This document shows positions 51,826-61,092 of a DNA stretch of 64,000 bases, in pieces; position 1 is the stretch's first letter, and every line of letters begins with the position of its first letter. This DNA comes from an uncultured Chthonomonadaceae bacterium (GTDB lineage: Bacteria; Armatimonadota; Chthonomonadetes; Chthonomonadales; Chthonomonadaceae). The position numbers and the translations under genes were made by a program. The DNA lies in contig CAWIEK010000003.1 of assembly GCA_963835065.1 (NCBI GenBank), positions 64,001 through 128,000 on the forward strand, given 5' to 3'. The notes below the pieces were generated by a model, which had not been told where the DNA came from, did not search any database, and was given only the letters and a program-made list of their open reading frames with translations.

Positions 51826-53157
51826 ATGAAGACTATGCCACAACTTCAATCTACACCACCGCCTTCAAAGCCGGGTACGCCGGGCGTGATTGCCATTCTG
51901 CTGGATATGCTGCGCGTCTGGCTGGCATTGATGCAGGCGTGTAATCCTCTGGCGCGCAGCCGCCGCGCCCGCGCGCACCGGCCCTGGCAATTGCGCGTAC
52001 GCTCGCTTGCGCCCCGGCAGCCGGTTGACATGCGCCAGCAGGATGTAGACAGGCTCTTGCAGCGCCACCGCGACTTGAAGGACATGGACAAATTGGCGCA
52101 GGTGGCGGGCAGTTTCCGGCTGCCGGAAAGCGATTTCTTTGCCGACCCGCAGCAGGTGGAGCGGCTGATACGCCATTTTCTGGACGAAAACCCGCCCTGG
52201 CTGCATGTCGGCAAAATTGCCTCCGGCAGTGACCACAGTGACGCGGGCGGGGAAGCGAAGCGCGACATTGTAATGCGAGAGCGCGTGACGCGGGCGGTGG
52301 AAGACGTGACTTTGTTCGTTCCGTCCGAAAACTGGCGCGACCAGCCCCTGGCCTCGCTGACGATGCGCCCCGCCCGGTTCTTAGGGGAAATGTCCCACGC
52401 CCGCCTGCTGGATCAGATTCTGCCGCCCACCGTGCTGATTGACCGCATGAGCCGCAGCGAGATTTTGATTCCCAACCGGGACCGCGTTCGACACAGGCTG
52501 GAATTTGAAGCGCAGGAACGGCGGCTGGAAACCGTTGTTGTGAAACCGGTAGAAGTGCCGATTGAAATCGAAGGCGCGGGGGGTACGGACGGGCAACTTC
52601 TGTACATTTTGCTGGATGCCAGCGCGTCCATGCAGGGCAAAAACGCCACGCTCGCGCTTGCGGTCATCATGGCCGCGCTGCGCGCCAACATGGGACGGCG
52701 GGACACGCGCTATCTGTTCCGGCGCTATGCCGAAGAAGAAAATCTATGGCCGCGCGAAGTGGAGCCGCCCCTGCAGGCGCGAACGGTTCGGGAAAAAGAC
52801 GCTTTTTTGGACACCATTCTGGAAACCAACTTCAGCGGCGGAGCCACGCACGTCAACCACGCGCTCAATGTCGCCGTAACCGATGTCGAAAACCTGCGGC
52901 GGGACGAAAACCTGGAAACGCAATTGTTGCTCGTGACCGATGGGCGCGCGGAACTTCTGGAAGGCACGATTTTGCGACTGCGCGGGGCAGGCATCAAGGT
53001 ACACACGGTCATGGTGACGCCCGAAGCCAACCCGGGCCTGCAATCCATTTCCGAAAGCTACACCGCCCTTGACATTCACACGGATACGCCTGTCCAATCC
53101 GGCGAACAATCGCCCCTCGTAACGGAGCGGGCTGTCGTCCATGCCACGCACATCTGA
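51826..53157 (+). CDS. von Willebrand factor A (MIDAS) domain protein, ViaA-like
   Basis: YILLDASASMQG (DxSxS), FSGGAT, LLLVTDG. Confidence 0.85.
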   Translation: MKTMPQLQSTPPPSKPGTPGVIAILLDMLRVWLALMQACNPLARSRRARAHRPWQLRVRSLAPRQPVDMRQQDVDRLLQRHRDLKDMDKLAQVAGSFRLPESDFFADPQQVERLIRHFLDENPPWLHVGKIASGSDHSDAGGEAKRDIVMRERVTRAVEDVTLFVPSENWRDQPLASLTMRPARFLGEMSHARLLDQILPPTVLIDRMSRSEILIPNRDRVRHRLEFEAQERRLETVVVKPVEVPIEIEGAGGTDGQLLYILLDASASMQGKNATLALAVIMAALRANMGRRDTRYLFRRYAEEENLWPREVEPPLQARTVREKDAFLDTILETNFSGGATHVNHALNVAVTDVENLRRDENLETQLLLVTDGRAELLEGTILRLRGAGIKVHTVMVTPEANPGLQSISESYTALDIHTDTPVQSGEQSPLVTERAVVHATHI

Positions 53158-53295
53158 ATGTATTCTGCCTGCTTGCCAAGCGAGTTGTGGAAACGCTGCT
53201 GGCGCAAGGGGGCTGCAGCAGTGGGGCGAGAAACATTTACAGCCTTTGCCCAGAGTGAGGACAAGGGCTGTGTCGCGGCAGGACAGGGAAGGCGA

Positions 53296-54915
53296 TCAGG
53301 GACCGGTGAGAGGGGAAAAACTGCCGCCCATAGGAATATGGCGTTCCCCGGTCAAGTCGAAATGTACCACGATGCGCGAGGTGTTTCCCGTCACCTGCCG
53401 CGCTTTGTACATCTCTACTGTTGTCGGGCGAAACACTTTGTAACTCGCCCAATTGGGCAGCATGCGCTGCATCACGGGGCGCATCTCGTCGGTGATCGGG
53501 ATGCCGCCCTTGCGCGTCATTTCCGGGTACAGGCGCAGCAGCGCGAGGGGATTGCGCATGTCGAAAATCAGCCGGGCAGGCGCAAATTCGCTGCGCAGTT
53601 TGGCAAGCTGCGCGGGGCTGAGGGCCTCGGAAAGTTCGGCAAGGAGGTTCAGATTGGTGTCCCCCGCCTGCTCGATCTGGCGCAACTGCCGCGCGATGCT
53701 GTAGGGCGCGTATTCCGCCGCCTGCAAGAACCAGGAGGGATAGGTAAATGTCAGCACATCCTCGTGCCACTTGGACACGATGGGGGAGAAGCCGGAGCGC
53801 AGTTTTTGGCGGTACGCGCCCACCGTCATGCCCTGCGGCGTTCCCAGATCGCCGCTGTTGTCGGGAAGAATTGCCAGCAGCGACAGATGCGCGCCATCGG
53901 CAAGCTGCCGCAAGCGTTCCTGAGCGCGGCCCATCAAAGTTCCGGTCGTCACGCCATTTTCGGTGACGGTACCTCCCTCCGTTACGGGGATGTCGAGAAG
54001 TTTGGCGGCGGCGCTCTTGTCCACAGTGACCTCGCGGGCGTCCTGCGGGTTGGCGGGCGCATCGCCGGTCAGCATCCAGGCAGAAGCCATCTGGTCGCAC
54101 AGTTGATTGTTGAGGGGAATGCCGCCTACATAACCATGCCCGCCCAGGCCAAAATCTATGTACAGCGTGGGCGACACCTCGCCGTTTCGGTTGGCGTGTA
54201 TGAAAACATCTTTGCGCAACAGGTCCGGCCTTCCGGTTTGCTGCGCGTCGGACTGCATAAACGCTTGCGCTTCCGCCGAAAACTGTTCGCGCGGAATCTG
54301 GATGATCTCGCCGCGCAGGGCGCGCTTCTGCATATCGGGGGACACTTCCGCAAACAAGCGGTTTCCCGCCATGATCCTGTCGTCGTCGGCACAGGACAAA
54401 AAGGCGGCATCCGCGCCCGGCAGGCGCTTGCGCTCTTCAAGCGGCAGGCGGGCCGCTTTCCTCAGCAGTTCGGATTGCTTCTCGAACGCTTCCTGAGACT
54501 TGTTGTTCCATTCCGCCATGACCGCGTTGAGTTCCGGGGGCAGCAGCGAATACGCGAATTGCCCCGGCTGCCCCGTTCGCGCCCACACCCAGCGATAGCC
54601 CCGGCAGCCGGGCAGTGCGGCAAGGGCGTTGAGGGCCGAAGCCAGGGGAACGCGATTGAGGCAGGCCATCAGCGTGATGCCGGAGGCGGGCGTTCTCTCC
54701 GTCAGGCGCAGGACAACGCCGCTCTGCTGCGACAGGCGTTCGATCAATTCGCCGAGGCGAATACGGGGTTCGCGCAGCGTGACCGGGGCTTCGAGGCGCG
54801 CATCGGCGGCGCGCATTTCGGGCGTCAGGGACGCATGGCAGCGAACCGCGCCGCCAAACAATGCCAGCAGACAGACCATTCCCATCCAACAACGCAACAC
54901 AACGTAACCACGCAT
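53296..54915 (-). CDS. Secreted hypothetical protein with an N-terminal STN-like module
   Basis: GAGGAGG SD; signal peptide; 'DARLEAPVTLREPRIRLGELIERLSQQSGVVL'. Confidence 0.65.
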   Translation of the reverse strand: MRGYVVLRCWMGMVCLLALFGGAVRCHASLTPEMRAADARLEAPVTLREPRIRLGELIERLSQQSGVVLRLTERTPASGITLMACLNRVPLASALNALAALPGCRGYRWVWARTGQPGQFAYSLLPPELNAVMAEWNNKSQEAFEKQSELLRKAARLPLEERKRLPGADAAFLSCADDDRIMAGNRLFAEVSPDMQKRALRGEIIQIPREQFSAEAQAFMQSDAQQTGRPDLLRKDVFIHANRNGEVSPTLYIDFGLGGHGYVGGIPLNNQLCDQMASAWMLTGDAPANPQDAREVTVDKSAAAKLLDIPVTEGGTVTENGVTTGTLMGRAQERLRQLADGAHLSLLAILPDNSGDLGTPQGMTVGAYRQKLRSGFSPIVSKWHEDVLTFTYPSWFLQAAEYAPYSIARQLRQIEQAGDTNLNLLAELSEALSPAQLAKLRSEFAPARLIFDMRNPLALLRLYPEMTRKGGIPITDEMRPVMQRMLPNWASYKVFRPTTVEMYKARQVTGNTSRIVVHFDLTGERHIPMGGSFSPLTGP

Positions 54916-55058
54916 CCCGATCCTCCTCGTCAAAGCGCGGCAGACTGCGCGAGCGCATGACAGCCCGCCGCGTTTTGCAATGCAGGTTTTGCTGTCAGCA
55001 GGTCACGCTGTACTGTTATGCGTAACCTGCCGCAGCAATGTTTTACTGCGTCATCAGG

Positions 55059-55582
55059 TCAGTAGGCAACTACCACGAGAGTGACGGTAATGGAGCGGCG
55101 GTCCGTTGTGGAACTGTGAACGGTTTCGATGGTGAGGTTGGCGGATGCCTCCACCGAGTACGTACCGCCAAAGTATATATTGTCCTGCCCGGACATGGCG
55201 CCATTGCCGTTTGCCAGCTGAATCCATTGCCCCATGCCATCGAGCGTCTGTGCGCTAAAGCCATTGGAGGTATCGTTGGGCGTCACGCTGTCGCCACCTA
55301 CTTTCAGGAACATGTTCCAGTCGGCGCTAAATGTGGTTCCCGGCGTTCCGGTTGCGAAGACGCTGATGCTCGAGCCCGACGCCGCTACGGAAGCCGGCAT
55401 GGTGAAGTTGGGGCCACCAGGCGTTGCAAGAGGAACGAACTGGTAACAGTAGTATTGCGTACCATTAGCCGGGAAACCAGGGAGGCCGATGTAAGCCCGG
55501 TTTGGGCCTGCGTGTAGATGCCGACGCCGCACAGCAGAGTTGCTGCGACAAGAGTTAGGAGAGGAGAAGGTTTGAGAAACAT
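55059..55582 (-). CDS. Small secreted beta-rich protein; single frameshift at ~55498
   Basis: AAGGAGG SD; signal MFLKPSPLLTLVAATLLCGVGIYTQA. One extra G in ACCGGG joins it to AYIGLPGFPANG...VVVAY*. Confidence 0.6.
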
Positions 55583-55680
55583 GAAGTTTCCTCCTTGAAC
55601 AGGAGCGGGGAATAGTCAGCGAAGGTGTGGAAACTTGTCGAATATTCCAAGTGGAAGGTATGTTTGGCCGAACATAGCTC

Positions 55681-55709
55681 ATTGTAGTAGATAATACACG
55701 TTCTGTCAA
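55681..55709 (-). promoter_or_regulatory. Sigma70 promoter
   Basis: TTGACA-N17-TACAAT on the minus strand. Confidence 0.75.
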
Positions 55710-56010
55710 GGCATTTGCAAAACTTTACCAAAAAATTTTAGAATAATTTTGTTCGGGTTAGCAATATGCCTTCCGAATTTATGATTTTCCAAGCATTGCT
55801 TTATGCTAGGCTTGCCAAAATAGATATGTGAGTTCACGGTATGCTGTGGTATCGTGTTTAGCGGCAGGTGGCGCTAAACCTGTAAAGAGTTTCTTGCTGC
55901 TCGGCGATACATCTTTCAATTTTATGCCCAGGCGGTCATGGAGGAAGGGCTAATCTCGAACTACGAGAAGGGGCTGAATAGTTGTCGCGGATAATAATCA
56001 GAACGCGGGC

Positions 56011-56039
56011 TTGTATTTACTCGTCAATAGATGTATAAT
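56011..56039 (+). promoter_or_regulatory. Sigma70 promoter for a putative antisense RNA
   Basis: TTGTAT-N17-TATAAT pointing at the 3' end of the 36-aa ORF. Confidence 0.65.
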
Positions 56040-56044
56040 AGAAG

Positions 56045-56120
56045 GTGTGCAGTCAGAAGTTCTCAGGCTCTGACTGGACACGCGCCTAGCTTATGCTAGT
56101 GCCGGTTTTTACGCCGGTCA
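56045..56120 (+). ncRNA. Candidate antisense (antitoxin) RNA
   Basis: Starts just after TATAAT with hairpin GTGT.CAGTCAGA...CTGACTG.ACAC, then runs antisense over the peptide stop codon. 3' end uncertain. Confidence 0.4.
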
Positions 56121-56206
56121 TCAAGCATGAGCCACAGCGCGACCGCGTAATACGCCGTTCCAACGACGTAAAATGCGGCGGCAAGCATAGGGTTTAGGGT
56201 TTCCAT
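56096..56206 (-). CDS. 36-aa hydrophobic peptide, type I toxin-like
   Basis: METLNPMLAAAFYVVGTAYYAVALWLMLDDRRKNRH*; strong AAAGGAGGAGG SD; one TM helix with a charged tail; structured 5' UTR. Below the ORF-track length cutoff. Confidence 0.7.
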   Translation of the reverse strand: METLNPMLAAAFYVVGTAYYAVALWLMLDDRRKNRH

Positions 56207-56412
56207 GCTTTGCCTCCTCCTTTCTTTGAGCAGCGGGTTGTGTGTCCGACAGGGTTAAGCGTGTTCTGTCGGTGGCTTGCACGGCCCACTGCTCGAAGTG
56301 TGTACAAGCCCGAACACACAAATATCAGTTTACCCCACACAAACTTTAACCCGGTTCGCTTCCACAAGGCGAACCGGGTTTTTGCATGGCTTTTTTGTGT
56401 ATACTTTGAGGT

Positions 56413-58228
56413 GTGAATATCCAAACTTCTGAAACCGCGCCGCGCGTTGAATCGCCGCGCGAAGAATATGCGCAACGTCTTGCTTCCCGTCAAAATGAGG
56501 CGGCGCTATTGGCGCGGCGGGATCGCGCGTTCGGCAACCGGCGGCTGGCCGTGTTTGCGCTTGGCCTGCTGATCGCCTGGTTCGCCTTCCACGACCATTC
56601 CGTTTCGCCCTGGTTGCTTCTGCTTCCGTATCCTCGGCTTTTTGGCGCTTGCCGGTCGCCATGACCGCGTGATACAAAACCGCAAGCGCTCGGAACGCGC
56701 CATCGCGTTTTACCGGCACGGCTTGCGGCGCATAGACAGCCAATGGCAGGGTACGGGCAACGCCGGGGTACGCTTCCTCAAGGCCGAACATCCCTACGCC
56801 GCCGATTTGGACATTTTCGGGCGCGCTTCCCTGTTTGAACTGCTGTGTACCGCGCGAACGCGCATGGGCGAAAACTGCCTTGCCGAATGGCTGCAAGCGC
56901 CTGCAAGCGGAAATGTGGTTCGCGCCCGGCAGCAGTCCGTTGAGGAACTGCGCAATCGGCTTGATTTTCGGGAAGATTTGGCTGTATTAGGGGAGCAGAC
57001 CCGCGCCACGCTGAAACCCGCAGAACTGGCCGCGTGGAGCCAACAACTCCCGCCCCATATCGCTTTGTGGGAACGCGGACTATTGGCGCTGCTTGTGTTT
57101 GGCGCGGTTGCGACGGGCATTTTCGGCATGGCGCAGGAAACATGGACGCCGTTTGTCATTGCCCTGGTTGTGGAACAAGCGTATGCGCAGTATTTGAAAG
57201 CGCGAGTTCGGGAGATTGTCGGGGATGTGGGAACGGCGGAGCGCGATCTGGCGATGCTCGGCCTGCTGCTGGCGCGTATCGAGGCGGAACCGTTTACCTC
57301 GCCGCGCCTGCTGCATCTGCGCGGCCTGTTGAATGTGGAAACTCTGCCGCCGTCCACTCGCATACAGAAGTTGCAGCGGCTTATCGAACTGCTGGCGATT
57401 CCGCATAACCCTTTACTTGGCATCGTAGATAAGATCGTACAGCTAACGCCTTTTTGCGCGTTTGCCATTGCCGATTGGCGGCAGGCGAATGGGGCGCAGC
57501 TTCCCGATTGGCTCAACGTTGCCGGCGAAATCGAAGCCTTGTGCGCCCTGTCCGCGTATGCCTATGAACACCCCGACGATGTATTTCCCGAAATCGTGGA
57601 AAACGAACTCTGCCTGGAAGCGCATGGTTTGGCGCATCCCCTGCTGCCGTCCGCTTCCACAATCCGCAACGATTTAGCCTTGTCGCCCCAACAGCGCTTG
57701 TACATCGTAAGCGGCTCCAATATGTCGGGCAAAAGCACCCTGCTGCGCGCGGCGGGCGTCAATGTGGTTTTGGCATTGGCGGGCGCTCCGGTTCGCGCGC
57801 ATTTGCTGCGCCTGGCGCCCCTGCGCATCGGAGCGTCCCTGCGTACTCAAGACTCTCTGGAAGCGGGCATTTCTCGCTTTTACGCCGAAATCCTGCGCCT
57901 GCGCCAGATTGTAGACTTAACGCGCGAACCCGCGCCCCTGCTCTTCCTGCTGGACGAGATTCTGCACGGCACGAACTCGCACGACCGCAGGCAGGGCGCG
58001 GAAGCCATCCTCCGCGCCCTGCTCCAGCAAAACGCCCTCGGCTTAGTCACCACGCATGACCTTGCCCTCGCGCGTATCGCCGACGATCCCATGCTCCACG
58101 CCGTCAACGTCCACCTGGAAGACCAGCTTTTAGACGGCAAAATGGCCTTTGACTACCACCTGCGCCCCGGCATCGTCGCCAAAAGCAACGCCCTCGAACT
58201 CATGCGCGCCATCGGATTAGAAGTATAA
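56413..58228 (+). CDS. Membrane-anchored MutS-like ATPase (MutS domain V); single frameshift at ~56628
   Basis: HPYAADLDIFG..SLF, VSGSNMSGKSTLLR, DSL..G.S.FYAEI, LLDEILHGTNS, TTHDL. Confidence 0.88.
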
Positions 58229-58230
58229 GC

Positions 58231-58510
58231 TCACCACAGAGGCACAGAGACACAGAGGCTTCACAGAGAAAAGAAGGGAGAAGAGGAGATGGGGAACCGC
58301 GAAAGAAACGAACCAAAACGAAAAAAGGAAAAACAAAAAGAACCGCAAAGAGGCAAAATTTAGCAAATAAAAGTATCCGCCCATGGAATTCCCTCGATGC
58401 TATTTGCTTTCCTTTTGATTCTTTTTCGTTTATTTCGTGTGTTTCGCGGTTTCTATTTCCTCGTTTTCCCCTCTCTGTGAAGCCTCTGTGTCTCTGTGTC
58501 TCTGTGGTGA
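58231..58510. repeat. Nested nonamer-repeat hairpin between convergent genes
   Basis: 39-bp arms TCACCACAGAGGCACAGAGACACAGAGGCTTCACAGAGA (1 mismatch) at 58231-58269 and 58472-58510; inner arms AACCGCGAAA.../...TTTCGCGGTT. Confidence 0.9.
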
Positions 58511-58518
58511 AGGAGCCT

Positions 58519-59454
58519 TCAGGCCGCGATGAGCTGCGCGGTTTCGTCGTGGCGCATCACGTCCAGCAGGTGTTGCAGCGTGGCTTCGGCAAAGTCGTGC
58601 GGAACCTGGCAGGTTCCTGCCGCTTCGTGGCCGCCGCCGCCGTGTTCGCGCATTAAGGCGCCGATGTGCGTTTGCGACGAACGGTTTAAGATGCTGTGGC
58701 CGCAGGCGAAGACGCAGTTCTGGTTGCCCCGGCCATTGACGATCCAGATGGACGTATTTTGTTCCGGGAACAGGGCGTACACGAGAAAACGGTTGCCGGA
58801 ATGGATCGGGTCTACGCCGCGCAAATCGGTCACAACGACATTGCCGCTGGTGTAAGAATGTGCCTTCAGCATGGCGTGAAACAGGACGTCCTGCTCAAAA
58901 TAGCGCTGAACCCGCTCCTGCACATCCGGCATTTGCAGAATTTCGTCAATGCTCATGTGGGCGCAGGCTTCAATCAGATCGAACATCAGTTGGTAGTTGC
59001 TGATTTTATAATCACGGAACCGTCCCAGCCCCGTGCGCGCGTCCATGACAAAAGACAGCAGCGGCCAGCCGGTCGGGCGCAGAATGTCTTCGCGGGTGAA
59101 CTGCGCCGAGTCCGCCTTGTCCACTTCGCGCATCATTTCTTCGATGCCGGGAAAGCGTTCCGCGCCGCCATAATAATCGTACACAACGCGGGCGGCGCTG
59201 GGCGCGATACGGCACACGCCCTTGAATTCTTCCTGGCCGACTACGCGCTTTAGTTCCGTCGCGTGATGGTCGAACCACAGGCCGCAGCCGGGCATATAGG
59301 GCACATTGGCGAATATATCGTCCGGGCGTACCTCAAAGTCTCCGTCCTGAAGGTCTTTGGGATGCACAAATTTAATCTCGTCGAGCTGTTCCACCTGTTT
59401 AATCAGTACAGCGCACACGAGTCCGTCAAAATCCGAGCGAGTAACAAGGCGCAT
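58519..59454 (-). CDS. DHH-family phosphoesterase (often annotated exopolyphosphatase or nanoRNase)
   Basis: RLVTRSDFDGLVCA, FDHH, APSAARV, DKADS, GGGGH.AAGTCQ. Confidence 0.9.
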   Translation of the reverse strand: MRLVTRSDFDGLVCAVLIKQVEQLDEIKFVHPKDLQDGDFEVRPDDIFANVPYMPGCGLWFDHHATELKRVVGQEEFKGVCRIAPSAARVVYDYYGGAERFPGIEEMMREVDKADSAQFTREDILRPTGWPLLSFVMDARTGLGRFRDYKISNYQLMFDLIEACAHMSIDEILQMPDVQERVQRYFEQDVLFHAMLKAHSYTSGNVVVTDLRGVDPIHSGNRFLVYALFPEQNTSIWIVNGRGNQNCVFACGHSILNRSSQTHIGALMREHGGGGHEAAGTCQVPHDFAEATLQHLLDVMRHDETAQLIAA

Positions 59455-59586
59455 GGCAATCTCCTTTCCGCAAGGTTATCGGCAAAATCGGGTAGTATCA
59501 AGAGGTTAGGCGATGAGGAATGTTTTTCTGTCCCTGTTGCCCAACAGTCTCCTGCATAGACCTTCGCCGTTAATCAAGGAACGCAA

Positions 59587-59880
59587 ATGACACCTTACCA
59601 ACGAAGTAACTCCAAACATACCTGTCATCGCGGACAAGGAATGTTTCTGGTTTTGGGCGCTGTCGTAGTTGCGGCGCAGAAGTTGATGGGGCAGCATTTC
59701 CGGGCGGAGCATCATAACGAGGTTTGGTGGATGGTGCCGTTTTTGTTCCTGCTTGGATTTTATACTATTCGCAGGCATGGCAGAGAGTTCACAGAGTCGC
59801 CGGACAACGCTGCCGACTGGCTGCTTCTGCTCGGCAGTTTGGCCTCCCTTGCGGTTTTTATACTACGATCTGTGAGCTAG
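59587..59880 (+). CDS. Small membrane protein (about 3 TM)
   Basis: AAGGA SD; hydrophobic segments. Confidence 0.5.
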   Translation: MTPYQRSNSKHTCHRGQGMFLVLGAVVVAAQKLMGQHFRAEHHNEVWWMVPFLFLLGFYTIRRHGREFTESPDNAADWLLLLGSLASLAVFILRSVS

Positions 59881-60033
59881 GCGACCTGCGCTAATCTGCG
59901 GCGGTATGGAAGCGGAACGTGGAGTTCGGTCAGTTCGTTGACGACTATTGCGCCAAAGTCTTGGCGCAATAGTCAGGGGAAACAGGCGCTGCATTCTGCC
60001 CACAAATGCGTAAGTATCTCCCCGGCTGTCAAG

Positions 60034-60654
60034 TCAGGGAAGGTCAGGGAACAGACCGCCTGTTACGAGAGACAGCAGGATGCCCATGATTTTGTTTACG
60101 TCCTTGAAGTAGTAGTCGGCGGCGTCAATGCGGGCGGCTGTGCCTTCGAGTTCCAGAAACTTCCACTGGTTACCGATGCTGACCGCGCCGTATATCTTTT
60201 CGATTTCGCTCCCCTCGCGGGCATTGAACTGCTGCGCGGCGATCATTTCCGCCAAGCATTGCGCGTAGCCCCGTTTCATGTCCTCGTTTTTGGCTTCCAC
60301 CAGCATCAGTACGGGAGCCTCAACAAACAACTGCTCCGGCGAGCGCGTCACGATGTAATCGCACACCCCCGCCAGACCGTTCTTTTCATCAACAGAAAAG
60401 TCCACACCGGAAAACAGCCCGACAGTCATGTTGGCAATCAAGCGCACTTCGGCTAAAATCGGCGCGATGATAAACTCGGAACGCGCCTTTTCTGTGGAAA
60501 CGTTCAGCGCCATGCGCGCGTTGTGTTCCAGGCGGCTGAGAAACGCGGGGTCGGGCGTAATAGCGGCAAGGTGCGCGTATAAATCGGTGTTTTCTTCGCG
60601 GGTCAACACAAACTGTTGGGTCAGTTGGCGAAGCGTGAAGTCGGAATAAGCCAT
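60034..60654 (-). CDS. PD-(D/E)xK-fold hypothetical protein (MAYSDFTL family, HsdR-N-like)
   Basis: EKARSEFIIAPIL, G.CDY, VEAK, QCLAEMIAA, YGAVS.G..WKF. Confidence 0.75.
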   Translation of the reverse strand: MAYSDFTLRQLTQQFVLTREENTDLYAHLAAITPDPAFLSRLEHNARMALNVSTEKARSEFIIAPILAEVRLIANMTVGLFSGVDFSVDEKNGLAGVCDYIVTRSPEQLFVEAPVLMLVEAKNEDMKRGYAQCLAEMIAAQQFNAREGSEIEKIYGAVSIGNQWKFLELEGTAARIDAADYYFKDVNKIMGILLSLVTGGLFPDLP

Positions 60655-61032
60655 GTCAGCGCCCTTCTTGAGCAAACGCGAAGCGCAGCAGTTATCGCGC
60701 CTTTGTTTTGTTATTGTACCCCCTCTTGCGGCCTGTTCCCGAATAAATGCTTTCACCATTGCGCGAAACACAAAGTAATCCCGCTTAGCCACATTGTGAG
60801 ACAAGGCAGGAAAAAACGAACAGTGGAATGTCAGGAAAACACATCTACTTCCGCTTTTCTGCACTATGGGTGTTCGGCAAATTAGGAGGAGTAGGCCCGT
60901 TCTTCCATCCGGTCCAAAGCAGGTATAGCGCGAAGAAGAAGATTATCAGGAACAGAAGAAAAATAATGCTTACAAATAAACCACTTCAACTAATAAATTT
61001 TTATGTCCGTAGAACAATGGGCCGTAGGCCTG

Positions 61033-61059
61033 TCAACCGGATTTTTATAATCCGGTTGA
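61033..61059. terminator. Stem-loop after the prepilin-type gene
   Basis: TCAACCGGAT-ttttata-ATCCGGTTGA. Confidence 0.55.
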
Positions 61060-61092
61060 ACGCGACAGTACCGCCTTTGAGTGGTTTATCTA

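Noticed and set aside
53158..54960. 600-aa plus-strand ORF and other long antisense ORFs (3962-5182, 20544-21908, 19074-20267, 41908-43092)
   Set aside because: Shadow ORFs opposite well-supported genes in GC-rich DNA, with no recognisable motifs.
56121..56200. Ribosomal protein L34-like Arg-rich peptide (RRILRRW in ORF 56121-56321)
   Set aside because: No L34 motif; the SD-supported frame is the 36-aa hydrophobic peptide.
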